Positions 13,201-27,923 of a stretch of 64,000 nucleotides of DNA are shown here, piece after piece. How positions within the stretch are numbered: position 1 is the stretch's first letter; each line of letters starts with the position of its first letter. The position numbers and the translations under genes are program-made. Source of the stretch: Octopus sinensis (taxonomy: Eukaryota); NCBI RefSeq assembly GCF_006345805.1, contig NC_042998.1, positions 178,374,001 to 178,438,000 on the forward strand, in the 5' to 3' direction. Under the pieces are notes generated by a model that was given only the letters and a program-made list of their open reading frames with translations, did no database searches and was not told the DNA's origin.

Positions 13201-16200
13201 GTTTTTGAACACACAGAGGTCAAACGAAAGGGATTGTTCCCCTTAGACAACTGTCTGGAATTCATCCAGTCAACTTGCAGGTCCCAGGATTTCAGTAGGA
13301 ATCACCTGGAATCCTGAGACCTGCAAACTGATTGAATGGATTCTGGACAGTAGTCTAAGAGAGACAATCCCTTGTGTTTAGCCTTTATGTTCAAAATCTA
13401 ACCACGGGGCCCTCCCTCTCTCCATTTGGCCATTAGGATCTGACAAGCTAAGGGCTTTATGGACACAAAACCCTGAGTAACCATATAGAATGGCCATAAC
13501 TATCTTTCTCCAAATATTCAACTGCTCTATAACTTCGAGTGTGCTTCTCTTTTGGATTTACGATATATTTACACACACACACACACACACACACCGCCAC
13601 TACCATCCTCATTGATTTAATGTCCACTTTTCCATGCCTGCATGTCTCAGACAGAATTCTTTGAGGCAAATTTTCTATGACTGGCTGTCTTTGTTACCAA
13701 CCTACACCTATTTCCCAGGAAGTTAATATTTTTACATGGTACAACAACATTTTCACAGAAGACTGGAACAATACCATTTGTATGACAACGCCGATGCTTG
13801 TAGATAATTACCATACAATGTCTGGAAAAGGAAGGAGAGGGACAAATACACCTACACATTATGTGTATGTTTGTTAGAGTTAAATTTCATAGTTTGTATA
13901 GAAAAGGACAAGAAAACACTATAACCTTCCAGTCTTATTTTCAGGCTGTATATGAGAAATTACCTTACCTCTTGTGGGAGTCACTGACAATTGCTGCTTC
14001 TTCCCCTACCCTACTTGTTATTCAAGAAAATTTTCCTATCAGCATTCAGCAGAACAACCTCTAACTTATTTATACAACTTCATGTATTCGACCCATTTCA
14101 GTAATTTCTTTTTGCTCATTTTATAGTATCATCATCATCATCATCCTTTAGCGTCTGCTTTCCATGCTGGCATGGGTTGGACAGTTCAACTGGGTCTGGG
14201 AAGCCAGAAGGCTGCACAAGGCCCAGTCTGATCTGGCAATGTTTCTACGGATGGATGCCCTTCCTAACACCAACCACTCCATGAGTGTAGTGGGTGCTTT
14301 TTACATGCTACCGGCACAGGTGCCAGACGAGGCTGGCAAACGGCCACAATCGGATGGTGCTTTTTATGTGCCACCGACACGGAGGCCAGGCGAGGCTGGC
14401 AATGGCCACAATCAGATGGTGCTTTTGTGGTTACTATTATCATTATAAGTTGGGGCACAACAGAATGCTCTTCTTATTAACTACCTAAGTAGGAAATATT
14501 AAGGAAACTTCTTACCTAACGAGTAGTAAAGAAAGCAAAGTTATATTTTTTCTCTGTTGTAGAAAAATTTGAATTCATAATAAGCCACATAGTCAGTAGA
14601 GCCACACAATAATTCCACAGTTAAGACAAGTTGAAATAATTCCCTACAGCCAAAATAAAACTCAAATCACTTACTAGAGAGAGTGTAAGACACAGTTGTG
14701 ATGATGAGTCTTTAATAACTATGCTGAAGATGACATTTATAGCAACAGTAAATATAAAGCAGGAAACAATGTTGTATTATGACAAAGAAGAGAGTAAAGC
14801 CGAGTTAACATTTTAAGGAACTAAGTTTGTAATTCCAATTTAAACCACAACTGAAACCATGTCACTAATATATATCACTAATGCTGTAGGGAAAACAATA
14901 TAGAAATCATTCATGTTTTTTTAAATTTCTCCATTTTCATTTCCCTACAAACATTAAGCTTATACAAGAAATCTTTGTATCATAAGGCAAAGGCATGAAA
15001 GTCAACTTTTGTTTTTTATCTCCTTTGAAATCAATTATATGCTATGTTAATATGATATAAATATTTGAGCTTGTGCACAGTTAAAAGGTAAATACTTTAA
15101 GATAGGGAACTCAAGGAAACCTCAGTGCTAGTTCTTTTTTGAAGAAAGGCTTTGCTTGAACCAACACTCACAACTATTGGCATACAAACTTTAAAAAATT
15201 TACAAAATATAATATAAAGATTAAGTCCATAGCATGTTGAGCTCATGACTTTACTTTTGCCCTGTTGCTCGACGTGTGGTTTCCGTCCACACTGAGATCG
15301 CCTTGGTTGAAAATTGATGGAATCACATGTATTATATAAAATGCCTAGCAGTATTTGTTCCAACCTATAATGCCCTGTGTTTAAATCTCCCAAAGTCAAT
15401 ATCACCTTTGATCCTTCCAGGGTTTATAAAGTGAAGTACAGTTATATACAGAGGTCAATTTAATTAAGTAAGAAGCTACAGCTGAATCTCAAAGGAATTT
15501 GCTGAGTATTGCTTGTGCTTTAAGGACAAGCAATGGTATAAACTCCAGTAACTATAGTATTCTTGTGAGGATCAGTAACCTCAGGTATTAATATCATTCA
15601 AAGCTACTGTATGCTACAAATCTACATAACAAAGAAATTGTAGTCACAGTATACTAATTCCATAGACTTTTGTATCCAGTCGAAGTTGTCCTTTTATGTA
15701 AGTAAAGCATAAAATAGTCTCACAGACTGGATATGAGAAAAGACGTATATTGCAGAAAATATCAACTGATTTTCAAAAGAAAATGAAATCTGTATTCATA
15801 AATACTTGAAACTGTTCAACTCACAAAATCTAATGGCCCACCATACATTCCTGACAATGGTAGAGTTGCAGCTCGTTGTGATATGCCATAATCACCATAC
15901 CCAGGTTTGGGAACTGCAAAAGAAAACAATTATGATAATTAAGAAGCAATTTTTAAATATAACATATATGTGTGTGTGTATACATATGTACAACTGTAAG
16001 GAATTTATTTGTATAAAATTTCATAATATATATAGTTTTATTGAAAACCAGGATATTAACTGTCAGTTACATTACAACCTTCAGTTTCACCATCAATTAA
16101 TTCATCAGGTAATGATATTAATCCACAATAATACAACTAATGTTATTGCAGGACACATAGCATTAAGGTGGATTAATATCATTATCCAATGAACTGATTT

Positions 16201-17509
16201 ATAGTGAAACTGGCAATCAACAGTTAACCTAGCTTCTGAAAACAAATATATTTGACTCTACATCTTTGTATTGAGTGCTTTTATTTAAATCTATTTTACT
16301 CTGAACACACACACACATATATATAGGATAAAACAAAAGGTTCTCAAGGTTACAACAGTGATTATTATCACAATGTAATCAGTAGTACTTTAAATTTAAC
16401 ACTAGCAAACATGAACACAAAAATAACACTTAGGAGAATTACCTAATTACATAATGTAAATTAAAGCTTCAAGATAATATTATTTACATTATTTTTTTAT
16501 AATTCATATATTATCATTAAAATGATAATTATTTACTATCCTCAGTAATATCTTAATTATCATTACCATTTTAATCATTATTATTATTCTAATCATTGCT
16601 ATCATTATCTTTATTATCATGGTCATTAAAAATAATCATCATTAAACAATGTAAATTTTATTTCTATTTCCAACAGTATTATGCATGTTTCTACAACACC
16701 ATCATATATACATCCATGTTCCTGAGTTGTATGCAATATTCTCTTTTGTTAATGTAGATTGTGTTTGCTGTATTGTAAGATTCAGTATTCTTGCTCATGT
16801 TATTCTAGCACATCATCTGTTGTGTCATCATCGTACAGGTATTACATGAACAATGTGAGTTGTGTTATTCAGTTGATTTTGTGTGTCATGTGTTCTGTGA
16901 TCACATAGACTGTGCACTGTGTGGTTTGCACAGTATTAATGGATGACAAATGTGCGGAATGCAAGTTGTGTGAAATAGTCTGTGTTATAGTGTCAGGTAC
17001 TGATTATATTAAGTAAAGGCACAGCTATGCCTGGGTCATAAGAAATTTGCTTCGTTATCACAATGTTCTGTGTTTTGACTTACTGTGTGACAGGCACCTC
17101 GGCCAAGTGCTTTCTACTATAGCCTTGGGCCAACCAAAGCTTTGTATGTGGAATTAGTAGGCAGAAACTGAAAGAAGGCGGCAAGCTGGCAGAAATGTTA
17201 GCACGCCGGGCGAAATGCTTAACGGTATTTCATCTGCCGTTACATTCTGAATTCAAATTCTGCCAAGGTCGACTTTGCCTTTCATCCTTTTGAGGTTGAT
17301 AAATTAAGTAGCAGTTACGCACTGAGATTGATGTAATCAACTTAATCCCTTTGTCTATCCTTGTTTGTCCCTCTATGTTTAGCCTTTTGCGGGCAATAAA
17401 GAAATAAGAAACTGAAAGAATCTTATTGTGTATATATATGTGTATATGTATATATATATATATATATATATACATACGTGTGTGTGTGTGTACATACATA
17501 CATACATAC

Positions 17510-17551
<42 letters not shown>

Positions 17552-18919
17552 TTGGTATTAAATGGTCATAGTTTAATTGTAGTTAATAATGTTGCTCCAT
17601 TTCTTTTCTTATCTGAATATATTAAACCATGGTTTACCCATTTAAATTACCAACTGATGTTAACCTTATAGCAAGGCCTATACATAGTTAGGTAATATAC
17701 CAGTAGTGCCTACGGATACATTTAGACAGTTGCATAACCTCTAACTCATAATTTTTCTCTGTGTGTGTGTGTGTGTGCATGTATATATAATCATCATCAT
17801 TTAATGTCTGTTTTCCAGCTGGCATGGGTTAGAAAATTTGAGGTTGATGCAGTCGATTGTGAGGGTGACATTCAGGAGGAATTGATAGAATTACAAAATG
17901 ACAATGGCACCGCAATGCAATATCACCGTAACGGCAAAGAAGGTTTCTGGTACCATCAGTGTATTTTGAATTCCAACCCCAGTCTATGGAAACATCTGAA
18001 ATTACTTTTGCTTGCCTTCCCTACCTCACACCTGGTTGAATCTGGTTTTACTTTTGCTTGCCTTCCCTACCTCATACCTGGTTGAATCTGGTTTTACTTT
18101 TGCTTGCCTTCCCTACCTCATACCTGGTTGAATCTGGTTTTACTTTTGCTTGCCTTCCCTACCTCATACCTGGTTGAATCTGGTTTTAACCATGTTGGGA
18201 CTTTGCTTTCCCATAAAAGAATTGGACTGGATGTAACACAATGAAGAGACTTGCGGCTAAAGTTGAGAAATTTGCAACCGAATGTATCTGCACAAGCTGC
18301 ATCGCACCAGACACATGGTTCTCATTAAAAGGTTTTATTCTTTTCCTTTATAATACAATCATTAATTATTTTTGCATCGGTAGTTCTGATCAATGGTTCA
18401 TTTGGGGAAAATGAAAATCAGTGTAAAAGAAGGCACAAGTTTCCAGAAGTTAATCTGTCTGAAAAATATAGAGTTAACGTTAGAATTTTATTGACACTAA
18501 TGGCAAAACTAAACCCACAATAAGGGATTTGTAAACAACCGCATATTTAGTACAAACGACACTAACAGGGCAACGAGTCTACGATATAGTGTGTGTGTGT
18601 CAAATGATAGAGTGGGGTGCTAGGGCATTTTGTGTTGTGGGGTTGTGTCAGGGTTTTTTTTTTTTTTTACACAGGTGGGCAATGGATCATTTTTTGGCCA
18701 ATAGGTGGGCGATATTGCAATTTGGCGCGAAAAGTTTGGGAAACACTGATGTAGACTGTACCTAGCAGAGTTAGACATATAATGTGTGATGTGTATAAAA
18801 CATGGTAAATCCTGTTCTGATTTTTGTTTTGCTTAACATTTTTTAAACGATTACCCATTTATTTGTGGCATTGAATTTACATCCTGAATGTTGTTGTTAT
18901 TATTATCATTATTATTACA

Positions 18920-18954
<35 letters not shown>

Positions 18955-19125
18955 ATTATTATCATTATTTAAAATTATGGTTATTAAAGGTTATTTATTA
19001 TTATCATTATTATCATTATTTAAAATTATGGTTATTAATGTCATTATTATTATTTAAAATTATGGTTATTAATGTCATCATTATTATTATTATTATTATT
19101 ATTAAAATTATGGTTATTAATGTCA

Positions 19126-19165
<40 letters not shown>

Positions 19166-19677
19166 CATTATTACAAAACAAGGACAGTTACAATAACAAA
19201 AGGGAATGATATTAAAAAATATGATTTTTGAAAAATGAAAGCTCCAGTGAATTGCTTCTGATTGACACCTTTGGTTTGGCTAAATCCAAAGAAGATTTGG
19301 AAGGAAAAGGTGAGATTAAATCCAAAAGCACTGGGCCTCAAAGAGATGATGCGAGATAAATAGAATGATTTGTTGTAGACCCATCCAACCCACATTAGCA
19401 GAAAAATAAAAGAGATTGCTAAAATTATGAAGATGAAGAGGCAGAGAAGGAGGAAGAAGAGAAGCAGGAGTGGAGCAAGTATAGTATTGCAATGATTACC
19501 AGTGAAGTGAAACTGAGATTTGGTTTTGAGAAAGTTGTGATGTTTTTGCCTTTAGAAAAGGCATGAGCATCACAACTTCCCAACCTCTTTTCCATACTTA
19601 TGCAATTGAGACTTTACATGCATTCATAAGAACTACTTATGGATATTATCTCAATGTAAATTGTTAGAATATATGGT

Positions 19678-19713
<36 letters not shown>

Positions 19714-19893
19714 AATTATTGTTAGTTGCAGTTAATCCCTGAACATATCAACCTAGAGCCAACGATTTTTATTACTGACAAGTTGAGGTTTCAATCCCAA
19801 GGTGAATTCAGATCACTTACATTGTTACATTAGGAGACCAAAAGCCATCCAACAACTTTTTGTCTCTTCTTCCTTAACCATCACTACTTACTT

Positions 19894-19928
<35 letters not shown>

Positions 19929-22900
19929 ACTTCAATCTTGTTTCTTTTATATTCTCATCAATATTGCATCAAATCAATTTTCCACCGCCCACTGCTATGA
20001 CCTCTGCCTCTCTGAATTTGCAAACTTAACAACCCACTAAATGAACATCTTTACCTTCAATTAATCAAACTCATTATGTATCAACACCTCTTCCTCCTAC
20101 AACTCTCTTTTCGGACAAACTGTTCTCTCCCCTAATTAACCCTAAACCCACCCCCTACCACTATTAAAAACTCTTAATTTAAAATTAAAAAAACAAACAA
20201 TATTTATTTTTCACACCATTATACTTCAGTCTAATAACCAAACCAAACTAAATCTTTGCTCTTCCTGCTCCTCTTCCTCCTCAGATTAATGAATGTAAAA
20301 GAATTATAAGCTTCAGTGTTGTCAATCTGCTGTATAGCAGATAGCTTCCCCTGAAAGATTCAGGGTTAATAGCCAGCAACTAAAGATGTATAAAGCTTTT
20401 GTGCAAATAAAAAAATTTCTTTTTTTTATAAGCAGTTTTTAAAAATTGAAAGCTACAGTAACGTGAATTACATCTAACCAAATTGAACATTTTTTATACT
20501 GAAATATTTAACCTTATTAAGAATTATTTATACTTATTGTTGATGTTTATTTAGGGTAACTGTGATTAGGTTTAATTTAGCTGTTCTTTTTCAACATTAC
20601 ATAGAAAGCCATTATTTGAAGAGTTTTGTAGGGAGAAGTGTAAATAGATTAAATTTCAAACTATAATTAGGATTAACACCAATTGCTAAATAATTATGAA
20701 AGTTGAAGAAATATCAACATACAGCTATTAAATTACTTTCATTAGTTTGTCTGTAAATACTTTTTCAACAGTCTGAATGTTATGTCATAGAAGAACTGAT
20801 CTGAGATATAGGGTTTTAAATTGTTAGGGTCTACAGTGAAGTAAGTGTTAGTATCTTACTAACATTCTCTAGCTAAGATTACAGAATAAAACTAACATGT
20901 CAAATGGTTTTACTCCAGTGTTAAGTAAAATACTTGAAATTACAATTAGTGCGAAGTACAACTAAGTTTGAGTACAGCAAATGTAACTAGAGAAAGAAAA
21001 GTACAGCAAGAAAAATTTGTGAAATAAGAAAAAGAAGAACATTTGTGCCAAGCAGCTTTGCAGTGAGGGAGAAGGAAAAAAAAAACATATCAATTATTCA
21101 TAAGACAGTGTATTTTACAATTTGGTGCAGACTATTTGAACAGCAAACTATCAACTAAAAATATTTCACACAGTGACTAAAGAAAAATAGAAAGATAATT
21201 AAATGAAAAAAAAAATTCAGGTGTAGAAAAAAATAGGCTAAAACAGGAAGGAAAACAAATTGCATATAGACATTTGGTCAGCAGCCTTGTTGAGCATCAA
21301 AAATTCCGAAAATATTAAAAAAAATAATAATTTTGTTATTTTGTTTTGTTTTGTTTTGAAGTAAAATTTCAGTTTTATAAAATTAATGTTTTTAGGTAGG
21401 AGTGAAATGAATATATTAGATGTGAATGAAAAATATTGATGAAAGAAATAGCCAAATGCGTAAATAAATTGCCAGATGCCAACTGCTGCAAGAAGGGAAA
21501 ATAACATGTAAAAGAATAGGGAATAAAATAGATGTATTCATTAAATATTATGAAAGAAAGCAAGGCAAGAAGAAGAAAAAAAAAATCAAAGGAGCAATAG
21601 GGTTGGTAAAGCCACGCAATGAAAGCTACAACACTGAAAAGAAAAACCAGAGATGATTTCCCAAGTACCAAGCAGGAGAGGTAGTACAGTTCACTTGAGA
21701 CACTAGAAGTCTAGTGTCAAGGAGAACAGTTAGCACGAACACACCTGGGTAATTGGGTATCCTAGTTAAAGACCTACATGCTCTGATATCTCCATCATCC
21801 CATGCTCTCTGGGGTCGATCCAAGAAACGAGATGGCGCTGAAAAAACAAAATAAACGGAAAGCATTCATGAGCCACGTAAATAATCAGTCTAATTAATAT
21901 GTCTGCATTGCACAGTGGTTGCTGCAGCTTCTTCAATCTGCTGGACTTGCTGTTGCAGTAGGATTAAATCCTATTCCATTTGTTCGTAAAATTTGTAGTT
22001 AGTAACAAAATGAATATAACCAGTTCAATGATAATGTGCTTTTATAGGCTCAAAAGGTTTTGAGACAGCACAAAAATATCTCATGAACTGAGATTTTAAG
22101 CCATTTAGGTCTTGTAAAACAAAATATGTATAAACTAATTGAAATAATTTTTAGAATTATTATCTTCTACCAATATATTTTCAATGATCTTACATTTTAA
22201 TTTATTGCTACTCATTCTCATTACATATATTAGCCTTTATTGTCTCTGAATTTAATATCAAAACAATTCTATTTTCCTATTCTTTTAACACCACAAAGGC
22301 AAGTACAGTGAAGACTACACTTTGGAGAGGAGGTCAGAATAAAGAAGAAACATGTCTGGACATGCCCTTTGTACTTACTTAGAAAATGAAAAAGTTACAT
22401 TAAAATTTTTATTTACTGCATGATCATTTCTAGTTAGCTGATTCCTCTTATGCCTAATTTTTTTCTCAAAACATTTGCAATTTGTTGTTACTGTACACTG
22501 AATTTTACACATTCAACAGAACAAGCTAGTTTCATTTCTTTCTAATCTTTGAATGTCCTCTGCATTTAGAGTCCATGTCTCACTAACCATGTAGCATTGT
22601 TGTTCATACATAAGCATCATGTAATCTGCTGTTCACTCTGAGAGAAAGAGAGATAGCTTTTGTTACCAACAAAGGCAATAGCTCTCTGAACTTTCGCTAT
22701 CATGTTCTTATTCTAACACTATACTTACAGAACATCCTCTTCCACTGCTATTTAGACCACCCATGTAACAGATACTATATACTATCTCTAAGGAACCTCC
22801 TGGACATTTGAGAAAATCTTTTTCTATATATTCTTAAGAGTTTATTCTTCCTGCACATCTACATATAAAGTTTACTTTCTCAGTAAATTTTCCTATGATG

Positions 22901-25033
22901 CCACTACACCTCTTGTATATCTATTGCTTGCACTGAGTACACCATATAGAATTTCTGCTAACACATACATACTCAGTAGGGTCATTTTACTGAAGTGAAT
23001 TTAGAGACCTGCTTGTCTACCCGTTTCCTCAAACTTTGGTTTTTGCTAAGTTAACTTTAAGCCTCTTTGATTCAAGTTTTGCTTCCACACCTGGAATCCC
23101 CTTTCTAATTCAATTACATATTCTTCTCTAAGAATGAGATCATCAACATAGAGAAGTTCCTAAAGGCAACTGGTCTTAAATTCATCTGTTATGGTCTGGA
23201 AGAATATGATGAATAGGAGAGGACTGAGAACTGGGTTCCGGTGAATCCTAACTGTACACCAAATTCATTGTTATATTCATCACTAACTTCCAAACATGTA
23301 AACAGCAGATTACATGTTTGTAACACTAATATCTTACAAATAGCACCCCTGTACATGGCTTGTATGGCTCTCACAAACCATTTGTTAATCCCTAGCTTCC
23401 TCAGAGACCATCACATCACAGAATGTGGGACCCTGACAAAGACTCCCCACAAGTCAGCAAATGTCAAATAAAATGGTTTATTTTTTGGTTAATTACTTTT
23501 TCTGCAGTTGCTTTACTAGAAAGAGGGTATCAGTAGTACTTGTCACAAAGCCAAACTGCATCTCATCTAGTCTATTTCTGTTTCTCTGTAACTTCCATGA
23601 CCTAGTCCAGAAATCTGATAAGTCTGTAATTACTTCTGTCTAAATTAGGGGTGGGAAAACTTTTTAATGCAGCGGGCAAAAATTTACAAAGAAAAAGGTC
23701 TGCAGGTGGATCACAAGTTCTAACTCTTATTTCTGTGCAAATCTTGTATATATCTATGTATAATTCGATATACATTAATAAAGATAAGTTTAACACATTA
23801 AAGTAATGTGTAACATCTTCATTAACGCTGCCACTGAATTTAGAACATTTATACTACTCATGAGGCATTCTATATTTTTCAGCTAGAGTGTAGTTAGGTC
23901 TCAAGTGGGTGGTACAAACTTAGCAATATGTCTTTAATAGTGAAAATAAAATTTCCATTCAAATGGCAATTACCAAATGATTTTCTGTTTGAGTCTAACC
24001 ATTTTAAATTGTAGAGAAAACACAACCTATGCCACAAATTGGCATATGAATATTGTATAAATTTTATAATTGAAAAATTTACTATATTTTGTACATATGA
24101 GTATACCAGCCTGCAGGCATAATAAAATGGGCTTGCAGGTGCAATTGCACCTGTGGGCGGGGGTTTTCCCAAACCTGTTCTAAATTATCACCTTTATCCT
24201 TTTTACAGTTGACTATAACATGGCTACACAAGTCTTTAGGTATGATATCTTCTTGTACAACCTAATTAATTATACAGGTAACTAGGTTGTGTCCTATGAC
24301 ATCAGATATTTTAAGTATCTGAGCAGGGATTTCAGATGGACCAGAGGCTTTCTTTACTTTCATATCCTTAAATGCATTAACTATCATACCGCTGTCAGCT
24401 AGGATAGCTAGTCCCTATCTTAGGTCCACTCCACAATAGGAAGGCCTTCTTTCTCCCATGCACTCTCCATATTTAATAGCCTTTCATTACAGTACTTCTG
24501 TGCCTCTTTATTCTTAGAATCTAAGTGCAAGTGTACCCTTATCCATCAACACATACTTCATATCCACAACACCTTGATTCTCCTGGATATACTACTTTGC
24601 AATCCAGAACACATCATGTTATGGAACATTGGCAAACCTCTTACTTCTGCTATGCAAACCTATCACTAGCTTCTTTTCTAACTACCTAATACAATTCCCT
24701 ACTACCTGAACTTTCCAAGCATGTCTCTTCAGTTTTATGGCTATGTCTACCCTGACTGTTCCACCATCACATTACCTTTGGTCTGACTGGAACTTTACAC
24801 CAGCTACAGATCTGATCTATCATTCACAGTCAGTTGTCCTGAATGTTATACATCTTTATCCTCTCCTATCAAATCCTTCAACTATACATACATTTGCGTG
24901 TGTGTGTGTGTGCACGCACGCGCATGCATAACATTATAATATAAATATATTTATGGTGTGCTCAAGCATGGCCATAGCTACATGTTTGAAATTAGTACAG
25001 TGAAGTGAGTGAGTATCTATTTGGTTCTCTTTT

Positions 25034-25067
<34 letters not shown>

Positions 25068-27755
25068 AATGTGTTCGTGTACACACCCACAATTGAAAAG
25101 TAGTTTATATTACAAGAGCGAAATAATAATCTTAAAATTAAACATTTCTCAGATTTAATGAATTGATAATCTAAATATGTAAAGCAAATGAAACTGGGTG
25201 TTTTCTCCAAAATTATAAAAGTCATTTGAATTCCAGCAGGATAATATATCTCAAAGAATGCGTGCAAGAATTCTTCATAATATTCCACTCCCTCTGCCAG
25301 GCTTAGATATTACAAGAATTTTTAACACAAAACTTATTCAAATTGTATAAGATTAAGAACAGAAAAGCATATTATCTAGTTTATATACAGGCAGGAGTCT
25401 GTAAGTCTTAAAGAAAAACATCATAAGAAAGTTATGAAAGAAATCAAAATAAGTATCAAATAGAAAAATAACATTGTATAAACAATCAGACACTCATTGT
25501 GTTGCTTTCATTTATTTAAAAAATTTGTTTTATGAACTTCCTAATACACTATAGGTTCTGATAATGAGTGGGCCTGAATGCGAAAATGAAATAAGTTCAA
25601 GTGTGCTAATGTGACGATCATACTTACAAGCAAACATAGGGGACTGATATCTTGTGCTGAACTTGGGCTCGTATTTAGCTGAGGGGACCCTTGATGCTTT
25701 CCAAGGATCCAGTGGAGGGGGAGGCAAAGACTTGCGCTCAGCTAATTCTTTGTAGATAACACATCCCAAACCGGATCTATCCTTCAACTTGGACATTTCT
25801 TCGAATTCTTTTTTCTTTTTAGGGTCCTCTGTAGGTTGTTCCTCAGTGTCTTCCTCTTCTTCTCCTTTACTTTTTCGCCTTTGTCTCACTTTAAATAGAA
25901 ATGAGAGAATCAACAATTAAAATATAAAATAAATATATCATAAAATTCATCTGACAGCTTATTCAACCAAGTGTGATGGGTTGATTACACTGTCAGGCAA
26001 AACTTTCAGCAAAAATCTTATAATAAATTTGACTCTAAATTTAGTATTAAACCCCACCAACCACCAATCAATACATGTTCAGTTATTATTCTTATATATA
26101 CTTTAAAATAACCTCAGTTTAACTTTTAAAATAAATATAAAAATTCTATTTGCCCTGCAAGTTTACAAATGTCAATGCTCAGTAATAACAGTGAGTGGGT
26201 AAGAAAGAGAAATTTTGTGAAACGGAAAGCATGTGATTACAGAGTTATAATTTTTCGCTTTCTTTACATTTTTCTAAGTGAAATATCTCTTTGCATCACT
26301 CGTTTTTTAGGCTTGTTTAAGTAGCAAAAATTTTCAAATATTTCAATTTCACATAATGATGATAAGGTCATCACATTATAAATATTTGTGATATGTATAA
26401 AAAAAACTTGGGGGGGGGGGGTCCAAAAAAAAAAACCACCTTCTAAATCTAGTTAGGTTGAACTTTTATTCACTCAAAAATATATTTGATTTTAACAAGA
26501 GTTCAATTACTAGGAAAGTGCTAAGAAAATAAAAAGATTGGCAAAAAGAGTGACTGAATTCACATCTTTTATTTTGTCATAGCCACAATATAGAATGGTT
26601 ATCATCAATAAAGAAGAAAGTAAAGAAGAAGTTTTGAATTTTAAAAATGTCAATGAGCAAATTTCTATAGATTTGCAGTAATGCAGAGTTATAACTAATA
26701 TATATAACTATCAGACAAGTAGAATTAGTGGATATTATAAAAGATGTAAAGTGTTGAAGGTAGCAAAATCAAACATGGATTTATCTGTAGTTTAACCAAG
26801 TTAGGTGAAGAGAAAAGATTTTACTTTTAGAGAGGGTATGACATTTCAACATGATCATATTAAATACAGGTGACAGTCAGTGATTAAGTCAAATGTTTTG
26901 GGGTATTTAGCTCTGCCCCTTTATGTGTTGAGTTCAAATTCAACTAATATCAACTTTGTCTCTCATCCCTTTATGGACAAACAAAATAATTACCACTCAA
27001 GAAGTAGAATGATGATAATGGTCCATATAGAGATTATCTATTCCCTCTAGTACATATGTGTAACTTTATGCGTATGTTAGAAATCAGTATCATATCCATG
27101 TAATGAACTGGCAGAAATAGTACAGCGTTGAACAAAACATCATATGAATAAGTTAAAAAGAGAAAGAAAAAGATCTACGATTTTGTGTCTAAACTAAAAA
27201 TAATAGTAAATATTAACAAAGAATATTTCCCGCTGCACAAATAGATAACATGCATAATTCTGAGTGAGCAACTTACTTATTTCGGGTAGAATTGCAGCTG
27301 GAGATGGCGGCCCAGGCCAATCTTCTCTTTCAATCTTGGTTATTTCATTAGGAAGTGGAGGTTTCCCAGCAGGAAACATACTTAATCTAACAGCTTCATC
27401 ATTTTTCAAATCAACAGGTGATGCGCTTCTTCGAACTTTAACAGTTTTGCTAGTTGCTTTGAGAAAAAGGTGAAAATATAATAAAATTAGATACATAATA
27501 TATAATATATGTATGTATGTCTATATATTACATATATATATATATAATTATTATTTGAGGAAATAAAATCCAAACTTACAAGGAAAAAGAATTCAATTTA
27601 GAAATACTAAATCAAATTATACTAATTATTTTTGCAATTTACTTAATCTTTACATTTTATTGTTATTTTAATTTTAACTTTTCCATTATATGTAATTTTC
27701 TAGATGGTGTAATTTAATTATTCATTTTGAATTGATAAAAGGTGGGTTTTTTCTA

Positions 27756-27800
<45 letters not shown>

Positions 27801-27885
27801 CAACTTATAAACAAGGGTAAAAGAAAATTATTTCTATGCCAATATGCTGATAACAGACTTTTAAAATCATCATCCTATATTAGTA

Positions 27886-27923
<38 letters not shown>

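Noticed and set aside
13970-14011. 42-nt pseudo-exon with a gtaagg donor
   Set aside because: It reads into a TGA in the required phase 0, and the acceptor lacks a pyrimidine tract.
18004-18187. CRISPR-like array
   Set aside because: The units are contiguous with no spacers, in eukaryotic transposase sequence.
18888-19196. 102-aa Leu/Ile-rich ORF
   Set aside because: Translation of (ATT)n repeats.
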